Shown here: positions 11,662-21,742 of the stretch, piece by piece
Numbering within the stretch: position 1 is the stretch's first letter
Layout of the letters: each line of letters begins with the position of its first letter
From: Gemmatimonadaceae bacterium
GTDB taxonomy: Bacteria; Gemmatimonadota; Gemmatimonadetes; Gemmatimonadales; Gemmatimonadaceae
DNA: 64,000 bases
Direction of reading: 5' to 3'
Assembly (NCBI GenBank): GCA_045803545.1
Contig: JBJMOW010000004.1
Location: 160,001 to 224,000, forward strand
The notes under the pieces: generated by a model
Database searches by the model: none
The model's input: the letters and a program-made list of their open reading frames with translations, nothing else
What the model was told of the DNA's origin: nothing
Translations under genes and position numbers: made by a program

Positions 11662-12649
11662 CGCTTCTGCGCTCGGCGCGCTGCTCGTACTGATCGCCGC
11701 CGGTCATCCCTATCGACTTGTAAGCCGAAATGATCGCCTGAGCGGCCTCGGCAGGGTCGTCAGTGACTAGCATCAGGTCGAGATCGCCGTCGGAGATCTT
11801 GCCTTCGCTCAGGACGCGAGCGTGTAGCCAACGCAGCAGTCCTGCCCAGTAGTAGCGACCGAACAGAATCACCGGGAAACGATAGATCTTGCCGGTTTGA
11901 ATGAGTGTCAGCGCCTCGAACAGTTCGTCGAGAGTGCCGAATCCGCCGGGGAAAATGACGAACGCCACCGAGTACTTGATGAACATCGTCTTGCGGACGA
12001 AGAAGTACTTGAAGTTGATGAGCGTATCGACGTACGGATTCGCGCCCTGCTCAAACGGCAACTCGATATTGCAGCCGATCGAACTGCCACCACCGAGCTG
12101 AGCACCTTTGTTGCCCGCTTCCATGATTCCCGGGCCGGCGCCGGTGATGATCGCGAAACCCGCTTCAGCGAGCAGTCGCGCGGTTTCCACGGCCGCATCG
12201 TAGTGCGGATCATCCGGGCCGATTCTCGCTGATCCGAAGATCGTCACCGCCTTGTCTACCGATGCGAGCGTGTCGAATCCTTCGATCACTTCGCCCATGA
12301 TGCGCATCACCCGCCACGGGTCGGTGCGCGTGAAATCAATGCGCGGCCCTGGCTGCTGCAGCAGTTTCTGATCTTCAGTGACCGCCATCGGCGCCTCGCG
12401 AATGGAGTCGTCGACGGTGCGAGTGGCGCCCGATCTGCGACCATCCTGCTGGGATGGAGGAGTGCGACCGGCTTTGAGATGGCCTTCTTCGGTGCGCTCC
12501 TTGAATCCCTGCAGTGCTTTTCGCTCGGCGGAGCGCATCACTTCGGGAGTGAGCTTCTTTCCGCCGGCGGTCCGCGCTTTCGTCGATCGCGAGGCAGCGG
12601 GTCTGGCCGGGGCATCGCTTTGGCTTTGCTTATCTTTGCTCGTCTTCAT
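11645..12649 (-). CDS. LOG family nucleotide phosphoribohydrolase (TIGR00730 Rossmann fold)
   Basis: [34 protein letters not shown]; the true start may be downstream (e.g. 12388). Confidence 0.88.
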
Positions 12650-12697
12650 TTCTCGCCGCTCAAGCGGGCGTCAGCTCTTTCGATTGGAAAGGTAAAG

Positions 12698-14134
12698 TTG
12701 CGTGCGACTGCACAAAGCCCGCCAGCCAACGGCGCGCAGGTAGTTGTCATCATAGCGGATGGGGTGCGACCAGACGTTCTGACCGCTGCCATCGATCGCG
12801 GCGATTTGCCCGCGCTCGCTGCGCTACGCAACGAAGGTAGTCTGTCGACGATCACCTCGGCATTCCCTTCCGTCACAGGTCCTGCGTACGCTCCGTTTCT
12901 AATGGGAAGATACCCGGGCGACATCGGCTTGCCGGGACTCCGTTGGTTCGACCGCACACGCCGCATCGGCCGACTCTCGGGATTTGCGCGCAGCTATGTC
13001 GGCATCGACATGCGATTCGTGGATCGCGACATCGATGCGGCGTCACCGACGATCTTCGAGCTGGCGAAGCCGAGCTTCGGCGCGCTCAGCGTGATCACGC
13101 GCGGCCTGCGTAGACGGGACCGCGTCGGCCAGAGTCCTCGTTTCATCGCGCGCGCGGCGACGACTCACTTTCGCGGCAACGTGCGCGGCTGGTTGGCAAT
13201 CGACCGCGCTGTTGGAGAAAGAGCTGCGCATCGGCTGCGGACCGAGCGCACGCGATACGCGTTCGTTGCGCTGACCGGCGTCGACAAGACGTCGCACGCC
13301 CGGGGGCATGACGATTCGATTGTCGCTAGCGCGCTCTCGATCGTCAATGACACTGTCGCGGAGATCCGCCACGACGCAGAACGCGAAGGCAGGTGGGAGA
13401 AAATGCACCTCTGGGTTGCCAGCGATCACGGACACTCGCCGGTGCGACAGCATGAGGATCTTGCTGGATTGATCGATGAGTGGGGCTATCAGACGCTCGC
13501 GCATCCCTGGGCGTTCAACCCCACTGCGGACGTTGCGGTGATGGTAAGCGGTAACGCGATGACGCACCTCTATGTCGACCTCGAGCGTACCACTCGGGCA
13601 TGGTGGCCCGCGATCCGCGATCGGTGGCAGCCACTCGTCGATCGATTGCTGGCGCTGCCATCCGTAGACCTGGCGATCTTGCCTACCGCGCCGAATTCGT
13701 GCGAGGTCCACGCCCGGGGGCGTGGCCAGGCGATTCTGACCTGGCAGGAATTGCGTTACACCTACACGCCGGTAACGGGCGATCCGTTGTCCGTCGGAGT
13801 GCGCGAGTCGATCGACGAGGGCAGTGCCTATGATCTGACTCGAAACACCGATTATCCGGACTCGATTGTCCAGATCGCGCACCTCGCAACGGCGTCACGC
13901 AGTGGTGATGTCATTCTTTCAGCGGCGCGAGACTGGGACTTTCGCGCGCGGTACGAACCCATTCCGCACGTTTCGTCTCATGGAGCGTTGCACCGCGATC
14001 ATATGCTGGTGCCGCTGCTGATCAACCGGAAACCGAAACAGCAGCCGCGTCGGACCGTTGACACAATGCCGAGCGCGTTAGCAGCGCTCGGCATTGCAGT
14101 TCCAGCCAACCTGGACGGAGTGTCGTTTTTCTAG
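12698..14134 (+). CDS. Alkaline phosphatase superfamily protein (nucleotide pyrophosphatase/phosphodiesterase type)
   Basis: IADGVRPD, FPSVTGP (Thr nucleophile), DKTSH, ASDHGH, SHG; start placed at TTG 12698 to avoid overlapping the divergent LOG gene. Confidence 0.8.
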   Translation: MRATAQSPPANGAQVVVIIADGVRPDVLTAAIDRGDLPALAALRNEGSLSTITSAFPSVTGPAYAPFLMGRYPGDIGLPGLRWFDRTRRIGRLSGFARSYVGIDMRFVDRDIDAASPTIFELAKPSFGALSVITRGLRRRDRVGQSPRFIARAATTHFRGNVRGWLAIDRAVGERAAHRLRTERTRYAFVALTGVDKTSHARGHDDSIVASALSIVNDTVAEIRHDAEREGRWEKMHLWVASDHGHSPVRQHEDLAGLIDEWGYQTLAHPWAFNPTADVAVMVSGNAMTHLYVDLERTTRAWWPAIRDRWQPLVDRLLALPSVDLAILPTAPNSCEVHARGRGQAILTWQELRYTYTPVTGDPLSVGVRESIDEGSAYDLTRNTDYPDSIVQIAHLATASRSGDVILSAARDWDFRARYEPIPHVSSHGALHRDHMLVPLLINRKPKQQPRRTVDTMPSALAALGIAVPANLDGVSFF

Positions 14135-14137
14135 CGA

Positions 14138-14551
14138 CTACTGAACGGTGAGCGAACCCGTCATGCCGGGGTGAATCGTACACTGGAAACCGTAAGTGCC
14201 GGCGGTGTTGAATTTTCTGGTGTGCGTACCGGTACTGAACTGATCTATGTTGCCGATGCCGTCTCCCTGTTGGGCAGCCGTCCTGCCTGTGGCATCGTTC
14301 CACGTGACGTTGTGAAGCGTGCCAGTGTCGTTCTGCCAAATCACGGTGGTCCCTACCGCCACAGTCAGGGTAGCGGGCGAGAATTTGTTCGCGATCGTCA
14401 TGCAGAATGTGTTGGCGGGACAGGTTCCTCCTCCGCCTCCGCCTCCGCCGCCACCACCGCCACCACCCGTGCCCGTTGAATCACTGCCACCACAACTTGC
14501 GGTCACCAGCGCAAGAACCAACGCACTCGACAGACCAAAGATTTTCCTCAT
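14138..14551 (-). CDS. Second plastocyanin/azurin-family cupredoxin lipoprotein
   Basis: Lipobox TASC, poly-Gly linker, HNV and FQCTIHPGM ligands. Confidence 0.82.
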   Translation of the reverse strand: MRKIFGLSSALVLALVTASCGGSDSTGTGGGGGGGGGGGGGGTCPANTFCMTIANKFSPATLTVAVGTTVIWQNDTGTLHNVTWNDATGRTAAQQGDGIGNIDQFSTGTHTRKFNTAGTYGFQCTIHPGMTGSLTVQ

Positions 14552-14722
14552 CCTACCTCCTCGTCGCTACCACTCAGGTTCGGAGCCGGCCGCAGACGGG
14601 AACTACACGCGGCTCGGGCTCTCTAATAAGAAGGATGGACCGGCGAGGCGCAAAGTAGGGTCGGCAATCGTATGAAGCCGGCGCGTGAGGAGCAGCAGAG
14701 CCGGGGCGAACGGTACCTTTCG

Positions 14723-15346
14723 CTAGTCTTTCATTGAACAAGTGTATAACCGCCAATCCGACTCGGGGGCTGCAACCGCGGCGATGTAGCCAGGTCTCGG
14801 TGCAAACAATCGGTGAGTCAGCGTTGGCGAATTGTTGGCGTTCCCTGACCAGACTCCCTTTCCTTCAGCCTTGAGACGGGCTTCGCGCACGACCCAGGAG
14901 CGCAGGAATTCGGCGTTTCGTTTGTCCTCAGGCGTCTCGGCCAGCGTGCGCAACTCGGCATCGGACATGAAGCGCTGAGCCACATCGAGTAATCGACGAA
15001 CGGGACGCTCATTCTCGACATCGATGCCGACTGGCCGATCGGGAGAGAAAGCGAACACGCCAAGATCCGCCGAGTGCGAGATGTTGAATTGGAGGTCGTC
15101 ACGGTCGGCGAGAGCAGGCTTGCCTGACGGGCCGTACGTGAAGCGAAGTTTCCTCGCATCGGTGCCAGTGAAACCGGAGAGCAGGTTGCGGAGAATCCCA
15201 CGCGCGACCACGTAACGTCGCGCGGCAACCGGGTGCAGCGACGTCGAATGCTCGACCTCCTCGCGTGGCATCCGGGAGGCGAGCTCGGAGTAGCGTTCCT
15301 CGTTGACAACGAGCGAAGCCACCCAGACCTGGACTTCGTCCGTCAT
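14723..15346 (-). CDS. 4'-phosphopantetheinyl transferase (Sfp-type)
   Basis: GKPAL, FNISHS, VGIDVE, WVVREARLKAEGKG; start ATG 15346 just after the upstream stop. Confidence 0.85.
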   Translation of the reverse strand: MTDEVQVWVASLVVNEERYSELASRMPREEVEHSTSLHPVAARRYVVARGILRNLLSGFTGTDARKLRFTYGPSGKPALADRDDLQFNISHSADLGVFAFSPDRPVGIDVENERPVRRLLDVAQRFMSDAELRTLAETPEDKRNAEFLRSWVVREARLKAEGKGVWSGNANNSPTLTHRLFAPRPGYIAAVAAPESDWRLYTCSMKD

Positions 15347-15350
15347 CAAC

Positions 15351-15830
15351 TCAAGCGATGTCAATGATGCTGACCTCAGATTTGCCACTTGCGATTTTGA
15401 GAATGCCGACACTGGCGGACAGGTTGAAGCGCCGCGGTCCAGCGGCTCCCGGGTTCACAAATAGCTGATCGCCTATTCGCGTCACAAGCTGACGATGCGA
15501 ATGACCGTAGATCACAACGTCATTATCGTATCGCGCCGCGAGACGTTCTGGCGTCGGGCTGCCGACCTCATTGCCATGACTGACGTGAATTCGCACTCCA
15601 TCAATCTCCATTTCAATGCTGTCGCTCAATTCCGGCATTGCCGGTGGATCAGTATTGCCGAACACGGCTCGCACTGGAGCGATGAGCTTCAACTCCTCGA
15701 GGATTTCTGCACCGCCAACATCACCAGCGTGTAGAATGAGCTCCACTCCCTTGAGGGCTTCGTGCACTGCTGGGCGAACAAGGCCGTGCGTGTCGGAAAT
15801 GAGTCCGATGAGGCGGGGAGTGGTCGGCAT
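15351..15830 (-). CDS. YfcE/MJ0936-family metallophosphoesterase
   Basis: ISDTHG, HAGD, GNTD, HG, GHSH, NPG motifs. Confidence 0.88.
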   Translation of the reverse strand: MPTTPRLIGLISDTHGLVRPAVHEALKGVELILHAGDVGGAEILEELKLIAPVRAVFGNTDPPAMPELSDSIEMEIDGVRIHVSHGNEVGSPTPERLAARYDNDVVIYGHSHRQLVTRIGDQLFVNPGAAGPRRFNLSASVGILKIASGKSEVSIIDIA

Positions 15831-15856
15831 CGCTCCTTCTATATATTAGGAGACGA

Positions 15857-16105
15857 ATGCCGTGGCTACGACTCGCATTGCGATTGACAGCTCGTTCGAT
15901 CCGCCATCCGCGACTCGCGGCTGATCTCATTCGGATCGCCTGGCGCTTCCGATCGAGGACCTGGTACCGCCACTTCCCGTTTGTTCCCGTTCCCGACTCC
16001 ACTTATTTACGCTGGCGCATGTATACCGCTTATGGTGACTACACCGCGGTGCCCTCGGTCACTGACGTTGAGCGTTATGCGCATTGGGCGGTGAACAACG
16101 AATGA
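15857..16105 (+). CDS. Small hypothetical protein
   Basis: 82-aa ORF with an ATGA overlap to queG; motif PVPDSTYLRWRMYTAYG. Confidence 0.6.
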   Translation: MPWLRLALRLTARSIRHPRLAADLIRIAWRFRSRTWYRHFPFVPVPDSTYLRWRMYTAYGDYTAVPSVTDVERYAHWAVNNE

Positions 16106-17163
16106 TTGCTGCGGTCGCCGAGATGACTTCAGTGGAAAACCTGATCAAGGCGCAGGCGTACGGACTGGGCTTCGACCTCGTCGGCATCACGCCGCTTGGC
16201 CCGATGGAAACCGCCGAGAACTTCGACGCATGGATCGACAAGGGCTACGCTGGAGAAATGGAGTATTTGGCTCGCGGCGCTGACAAACGCCGCGATTCGC
16301 GTTTGGCTTTCCGCGGAGCGATCAGCGCAATCGTCGTCGGCTTGAACTACGGAGGCCGCGAAAAAACGGGCCCCGTCGCGCGATACGCACGGGGTGACGA
16401 CTACCATGACGTGATGATGGATCGACTCGCCCAGCTGCATCGCTGGCTCGAGGCGGAGACCGGCCGACCGATCCGAGGCAAACCTTACGTCGACACGGGG
16501 CCAGTTCTCGAGCGTGATCTCGCGCGGCGCGCCGGACTCGGCTGGTTTGGCAAAAACACCAACCTCGTCAACCCCGGCCTCGGTTCGTTCTTTTTCATCG
16601 GCGCACTCGTCGTCGATGTAAACCTCGTGGCCGACAGTCCATTCGAGGCGGATCGGTGCGGTCGCTGCACGCGCTGTCTCGATGCTTGCCCCACCGGTGC
16701 GTTCGTAGATGAGCGGGTGCTCGATGCGACTAAATGCATTTCGTATGTAACCATCGAGGCGAAGGGCGAGATTCCCGTCGGCTTGCGCGAAAAGCTCGGC
16801 GGCCTCGTCTACGGTTGCGACATTTGTCAGGACGTCTGTCCGTGGAACACGCGATTCTCGCAGGAGCTGAGAGAAGATTCATTCAAATCGCGTGAATCAC
16901 TCGGAGCCAGGGATGCGCGCACGTTGGCAATCGACATTCTGCACCTGGACGACGAATCCTTCCGTTCATCGTTCCGCGGTTCCCCAATGAAGCGCGCCAA
17001 ACTCCGCGGGCTAAAGAGAAACGCGGCTGTCGCCCTCGGTAACACTGGCACTGGAGCGGATATCGCGACGCTCGCCGCCGTCGCGGATGACAAGGATCCG
17101 ATGGTCGCCGAGCACGCGCGTTGGGCGATTGCGCGCATCGCCGAGCGAGACAGCGCAAACTGA
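16102..17163 (+). CDS. queG: tRNA epoxyqueuosine(34) reductase
   Basis: ARYARGDDYH, VDTGPVLER, CGRCTRCLDACPT, GCDICQDVCPWN, C-terminal HEAT-like segment. Confidence 0.94.
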   Translation: MIAAVAEMTSVENLIKAQAYGLGFDLVGITPLGPMETAENFDAWIDKGYAGEMEYLARGADKRRDSRLAFRGAISAIVVGLNYGGREKTGPVARYARGDDYHDVMMDRLAQLHRWLEAETGRPIRGKPYVDTGPVLERDLARRAGLGWFGKNTNLVNPGLGSFFFIGALVVDVNLVADSPFEADRCGRCTRCLDACPTGAFVDERVLDATKCISYVTIEAKGEIPVGLREKLGGLVYGCDICQDVCPWNTRFSQELREDSFKSRESLGARDARTLAIDILHLDDESFRSSFRGSPMKRAKLRGLKRNAAVALGNTGTGADIATLAAVADDKDPMVAEHARWAIARIAERDSAN

Positions 17164-17186
17164 CATTTAGCTTACAAGAGCGCGCT

Positions 17187-17214
17187 TGCAACCAGTTCGC
17201 GTTTCCATACGTTC
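17187..17214 (+). promoter_or_regulatory. Putative ECF sigma promoter (TGCAAC-N17-CGTTC) upstream of the DUF305 gene
   Basis: Same -35 hexamer and spacing as the motif at 28171-28205. Confidence 0.45.
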
Positions 17215-17227
17215 AAGCACTAGTCAC

Positions 17228-17842
17228 ATGAAACACCTTGCATTGCTAATCTCCGCTGCGACTTTGACGAGCGGAAACGTCGTTGCATCCGCGCAAACCC
17301 TTCCGACATTCACCCAGGCCGATGTCCGCTTCATGCAGGGCATGATCGGGCACCACGCTCAGGCATTGGCGATGGTGGCGCTGATTCCTTCACGCACCAA
17401 TCGGCCGGATATCCGCGCGCTCGGTGAACGCATCCGAGTCTCGCAGCAGGACGAGATCTCACTAATGAAACAGTGGCTGCGCGATCGGCATCAGGAAATT
17501 CCATCGACCAACATGTCGCACGGCGACGCGAGCGCGCATTCGATGCAGATGCCTGGCATGTCGATGTCCGACACGCTGATGCCGGGAATGCTTACAGCGC
17601 AGCAGATCACCGAGCTGACGAATGCCAAAGGCGCGGAGTTCGAGGCGCTTTTTCTCAAGGACATGATTCAGCATCATGGAGGCGCACTGACAATGGTTGC
17701 CAGGCTGCTGAACACCACCGGGGCAGGTCAGGAGCCGGAGGTGTTCCGCTTCGCGGCGGAAGTAGACACCGACCAACGCGCTGAAATCGCGCGCATGAGC
17801 GCGCTCCTGAACGCTATGCAGCCGAGCTCAACGACTCGCTAA
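17228..17842 (+). CDS. DUF305 domain secreted protein
   Basis: DVRFMQGMIGHHAQALAM and FLKDMIQHHGGALTM paired-His repeats; Met-rich linker. Confidence 0.85.
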   Translation: MKHLALLISAATLTSGNVVASAQTLPTFTQADVRFMQGMIGHHAQALAMVALIPSRTNRPDIRALGERIRVSQQDEISLMKQWLRDRHQEIPSTNMSHGDASAHSMQMPGMSMSDTLMPGMLTAQQITELTNAKGAEFEALFLKDMIQHHGGALTMVARLLNTTGAGQEPEVFRFAAEVDTDQRAEIARMSALLNAMQPSSTTR

Positions 17843-17863
17843 TCGACCCACCCACAAGAGAGA

Positions 17864-19630
17864 ATGCACATGAATGGAGCAAGAATGACTCTGTTGAAAT
17901 CGCTCGCCCTGACGGTGGTGGTCGCGAGCGTCGCTATCGCGCAGGAGACACAGGTAATCGCGACGAGCAATGACCCGCGCATCGGCCTCAAGCCGGGATT
18001 GGAGGATGCGGCCACAGCTGCGCGCAATCTCGAGCTGATCGGTCACGTCGACAGGCTGACAAACTTCGGCGACCCGAAAGATCCTGGAAGTTTTGGATTC
18101 CTCAACGGTGACCTCGGGTTTATCGGCAACTACGTCTTCCAGGGTGGATTCAACGGATTGCAGGTGTGGGACATCTCCAATCCCGCGCGCCCGACGCTTC
18201 GCACCTCGATGGTTTGCCCGGGTGGTCAGGGTGATGTCTCCCTGTACAAGAATCTTCTCTTCATGTCGGTTGAAGAGACGCGTGGTCGGCTCGATTGCGG
18301 GGGTCAGGGCGTGAGCGATACGGTGAGCACCGAACGGTTTCGCGGCATCAGAATCTTTGACATCACCGATCTCGATCATCCGAAACAGATCGCGGACGTT
18401 CAGACTTGCCGCGGCTCACACACTCACACTCTTGTGGTCGATCCCAGGGACGCCAACAACGTCTACATCTACGTCTCGGGCACCGGACCGGTGCGCTCCG
18501 GATCGGAGCTGACCGGTTGCAACGCCGACTCGTCACTCAACGACACGACGACGTCGCTGTTCAGGATCGACGTGATCAAAGTCCCCGTTGCCGCGCCACA
18601 GAATGCGCGGATCGTCAGCTCGCCACGCATTTTTGCCGATTCCGCCAACGCCGTCCTCGGCTTGTGGAAGGGTGGCACGCACGGTCCCGGAACGCAGTCG
18701 ACGTCCCAGACCAACATGTGCCACGACATCACCGTGTACAGCGCGCTCAACCTTGCCGCTGGTGCGTGCTCGGGAAATGGAATCCTCCTCGACATCAGTG
18801 ATCCGGCGAATCCGAAGCGCATCACCGCAGTCATGGACCCGAATTTCGCCTACTGGCATTCGGCGACGTTCAACAACGACGGCACCAAGGTTCTGTTCAG
18901 CGACGAGTGGGGTGGAGGCATGGCGCCGCGCTGCCGCGCGACCGACAGCCCGCGCTGGGGCGCTGACGCGATCTTCACTCGCTCGGGTAACAACCTGAAT
19001 CTCGCCGGCTATTACAAGCTGCCGGTTGCCCAGACGGAGCAGGAAAACTGTGTCGCGCACGATGGCTCGCTCATTCCTGTTCCTGGCCGCGACATCATGG
19101 CGCAGGCATGGTATCAGGGCGGCATTTCCATTTTCGATTTCACCGATGCCGCGCATCCGAAGGAGATCGCTTTCTTCGATCGCGGCCCAATGGATTCGAC
19201 CAAGCTCATATTGGGCGGCGATTGGTCAGCCTACTGGTACAACGGTCATCTCTACGCCTCGGAGATCGATCGTGGGCTCGACGTCCTCGATCTAAAGCCG
19301 AGTGATCAGCTATCGCAGAACGAGATCGATGCGGCGAAGCTGATTCACTACGACCTGTTCAATCCACAGAACCAGCCGAAGTTCGTGTGGCCGGCAAGTT
19401 TCGTCGTCGCGCGCGCCTATCTCGATCAGCTCGTGCGCAACAAGGGCATTGCCGCCAATCGTTCAACGGCGATCGCGCGCGATCTCGATCGCGCCGAGAA
19501 GGCGAAAGGCACGAGTCGAAAGACTGCGCTAACCAGGTTGGCAAGCAGTCTCGATCAGGATGCGAAGACAGCCGCGGATGCAGCCAAGGTGCAGGCTCTC
19601 GCTTCAGCGGTTCGCGATCTGGCTAGGTAG
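17864..19630 (+). CDS. Secreted LVIVD-repeat (beta-propeller) protein
   Basis: Signal peptide; repeated WDISNPARP / FDITDLDHP / LDISDPANP / FDFTDAAHP units; CRGSHTHT, CHDIT, CVAH. Confidence 0.78.
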   Translation: MHMNGARMTLLKSLALTVVVASVAIAQETQVIATSNDPRIGLKPGLEDAATAARNLELIGHVDRLTNFGDPKDPGSFGFLNGDLGFIGNYVFQGGFNGLQVWDISNPARPTLRTSMVCPGGQGDVSLYKNLLFMSVEETRGRLDCGGQGVSDTVSTERFRGIRIFDITDLDHPKQIADVQTCRGSHTHTLVVDPRDANNVYIYVSGTGPVRSGSELTGCNADSSLNDTTTSLFRIDVIKVPVAAPQNARIVSSPRIFADSANAVLGLWKGGTHGPGTQSTSQTNMCHDITVYSALNLAAGACSGNGILLDISDPANPKRITAVMDPNFAYWHSATFNNDGTKVLFSDEWGGGMAPRCRATDSPRWGADAIFTRSGNNLNLAGYYKLPVAQTEQENCVAHDGSLIPVPGRDIMAQAWYQGGISIFDFTDAAHPKEIAFFDRGPMDSTKLILGGDWSAYWYNGHLYASEIDRGLDVLDLKPSDQLSQNEIDAAKLIHYDLFNPQNQPKFVWPASFVVARAYLDQLVRNKGIAANRSTAIARDLDRAEKAKGTSRKTALTRLASSLDQDAKTAADAAKVQALASAVRDLAR

Positions 19631-19666
19631 TTTCGCTTTGCGGTATCCGCCGCAGCGATATAGAAC

Positions 19667-19699
19667 AGGCCGCCTGCAAATCCAGGCGGCCTTTTCTTT
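19667..19699 (+). terminator. Intrinsic terminator between convergent genes
   Basis: AGGCCGCCTG-CAAATC-CAGGCGGCCT then TTTCTTT. Confidence 0.75.
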
Positions 19700-21719
19700 A
19701 CTCGGAGACTTGCCTGACGTCTGGCACCAGATCCCGCACCGCATCACGCAGGTACTGAGTCGCGTCATCGTGGTGTGACGGATCCCATTCTTCAGCGAGC
19801 TCCTCGAGGTGCGCACGCCTCGCATCCACCAACCGCTCGAGCACTCGGCAGCCGGTTGGGGTCAGCTCAGAATGTCGGTTTGAATCAGCGCGCGGAATCG
19901 TTAACAGGCCGCGGCGACGCAACTCCTCGAGCGCTCCCTGGGCGCTGCGGTCACTGATTCCTCGGCTATGCGCCAGCTCGTGTGGAGACACTGTGGGCTG
20001 CACTTCAACCTGAACGAGTAGCCACGCTGCGAGCGGGCTCAACGTCTCGCCGGCCCGCTGAACGATCTTTTCAATATGCGCGCGCTGCACGTCACGATCC
20101 GCCAGTGACGACAGTGCCGCATACAGCCGCCTTGCAGCGGCACCTTCGTCCGCGGGTCGCGCGAACGTTTCCCCCGCTTCGTTACCGAGATCGCTCGCGC
20201 TCGCCGCTACAGTCGCGCGCAATGGCCGCTCCGGCAGCAACCAGGTCATGACAAATCCGATGGCGCATACGACAGCAGCGACGAAGAACATCGAATCGAG
20301 CGACGCGGTAAATGCCTGGGCGTACGTAGTTCGTACAGCTGGCGGTAGCTGAAGTACTGCTTGGACTGTGATGTTGTGCGCCCCACTACCCGCCGGCAGC
20401 AGCCTCGCCAGATTCGCCTCCAATCGCGAGGCGAAAATGGCGCCGAGTATCGCGGTGCCAAGCGAACCGCCAATCAGGCGGAATAACGTCGCACCGGACG
20501 TCGCGACGCCCAGGTCCTGATAGTTGACTGCGTTTTGCACGGCGATGACCAGCACCTGCATCACCATTCCGAGGCCAACGCCAAGCACGAGCAGCAGCAG
20601 CGACGCGGTGGTAGTTGTACTATCCGGACTAAGTCGCGAGAGAAAGTACAATCCGGCCGTCATGACGGCAGTTCCGAGCAGGGGGAAGATTTTGTAGCGA
20701 CCAGATCGGCTTATCAGCTGGCCAGATCCGATCGACGTCACAAGCATTCCCGCCATCATCGGCAGCATTTGCAATCCAGACGCGGTTGGAGTCTCACCTT
20801 TCACAACCTGCAGAAAGAGCGGGAAGTAGGTGACTGATCCGAAAAGCGCGAAGCCGACGATGAGTCCGACCGCCGAAGTGATGACGAAAGTGCGCTGCCG
20901 GAACAATCGCAGCGGTAGCACTGGCTCAGCGGCCTTGTTCTCGATGGCGGTGAACAGTACGAGCGCCAGCACCGACACGAGAATCAGGCCAATCGAGAAT
21001 GGCGAAGACCACGGATAGGTCGTCCCGCCAAGATCCGACAGCACCGTGATCGCGCTGAGCACGACGGCGAGCAGTCCGGCGCCCGCGTAATCGATCGCGC
21101 GAAATGCACGCCGGGCAATCGACGGCAGCGTCGAGGCTAGTACGACCAACGCTGCAATGCCGACCGGCAGATTGATGTAGAAGATCCACCGCCACGACCA
21201 GTGAGTCGTGAAGTATCCACCGAGCAGCGGACCGGCAATGCTCGAAAGACCGAACACCGCGCCGAAAATTCCCTGGTACCGGCCCCGTTCTCGCGGCGGC
21301 ACGATGTCGCCAACCACTGCCTGCGTGCTGACGACCAATCCGCCGCCACCAAGGCCCTGCACAGCGCGGAACATGATCAGCTGCGTCATGTTCTGACTAA
21401 GCCCGCACAGCGCCGAACCAATCAGAAAAAGAATGATCGCCGACTGCAGCACGATCTTTTGGCCGTAGAGATCACCGAGCTTGCCGTAAACCGGCGTGAC
21501 GATCGTCTGCGCCAGCAAATAGCCGGTGACGACCCACGACAAATGCTCGAGACCGCCGAGCTCGCTGACGATTGTTGGAAGCGCGGTTGAGACGATCGTC
21601 GAATCGAGTGCGGCGAGCAACATCGCCAGCACCAGACCGCTGAACGCGATCAGGATTTGTCGATGGCCGAGCGCGGCCGGCGGCGCGACCGCCTCGTCAG
21701 CAATCGCTGTTTCTGTCAT
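19698..21719 (-). CDS. DHA2/EmrB-type MFS efflux transporter with a C-terminal MarR-like winged-HTH extension
   Basis: LDSTIVSTALPTI, YGKLGDLYG, WRWIFYINLPVG; C-terminal ~130 aa ..ELAHSRG..LEELRRRGLL..LTPTG. Confidence 0.88.
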   Translation of the reverse strand: MTETAIADEAVAPPAALGHRQILIAFSGLVLAMLLAALDSTIVSTALPTIVSELGGLEHLSWVVTGYLLAQTIVTPVYGKLGDLYGQKIVLQSAIILFLIGSALCGLSQNMTQLIMFRAVQGLGGGGLVVSTQAVVGDIVPPRERGRYQGIFGAVFGLSSIAGPLLGGYFTTHWSWRWIFYINLPVGIAALVVLASTLPSIARRAFRAIDYAGAGLLAVVLSAITVLSDLGGTTYPWSSPFSIGLILVSVLALVLFTAIENKAAEPVLPLRLFRQRTFVITSAVGLIVGFALFGSVTYFPLFLQVVKGETPTASGLQMLPMMAGMLVTSIGSGQLISRSGRYKIFPLLGTAVMTAGLYFLSRLSPDSTTTTASLLLLVLGVGLGMVMQVLVIAVQNAVNYQDLGVATSGATLFRLIGGSLGTAILGAIFASRLEANLARLLPAGSGAHNITVQAVLQLPPAVRTTYAQAFTASLDSMFFVAAVVCAIGFVMTWLLPERPLRATVAASASDLGNEAGETFARPADEGAAARRLYAALSSLADRDVQRAHIEKIVQRAGETLSPLAAWLLVQVEVQPTVSPHELAHSRGISDRSAQGALEELRRRGLLTIPRADSNRHSELTPTGCRVLERLVDARRAHLEELAEEWDPSHHDDATQYLRDAVRDLVPDVRQVSE

Positions 21720-21742
21720 TCAACGTCGTGTCAGGCTCGCTA

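Noticed and set aside
14425..14470. (GGN)n trinucleotide-like repeat
   Set aside because: Explained by the poly-Gly linker of the cupredoxin; mixed codons, in frame.
14723..15830. Sfp-type PPTase as a marker of an NRPS/PKS cluster
   Set aside because: No carrier protein, NRPS or PKS gene is present in the window.
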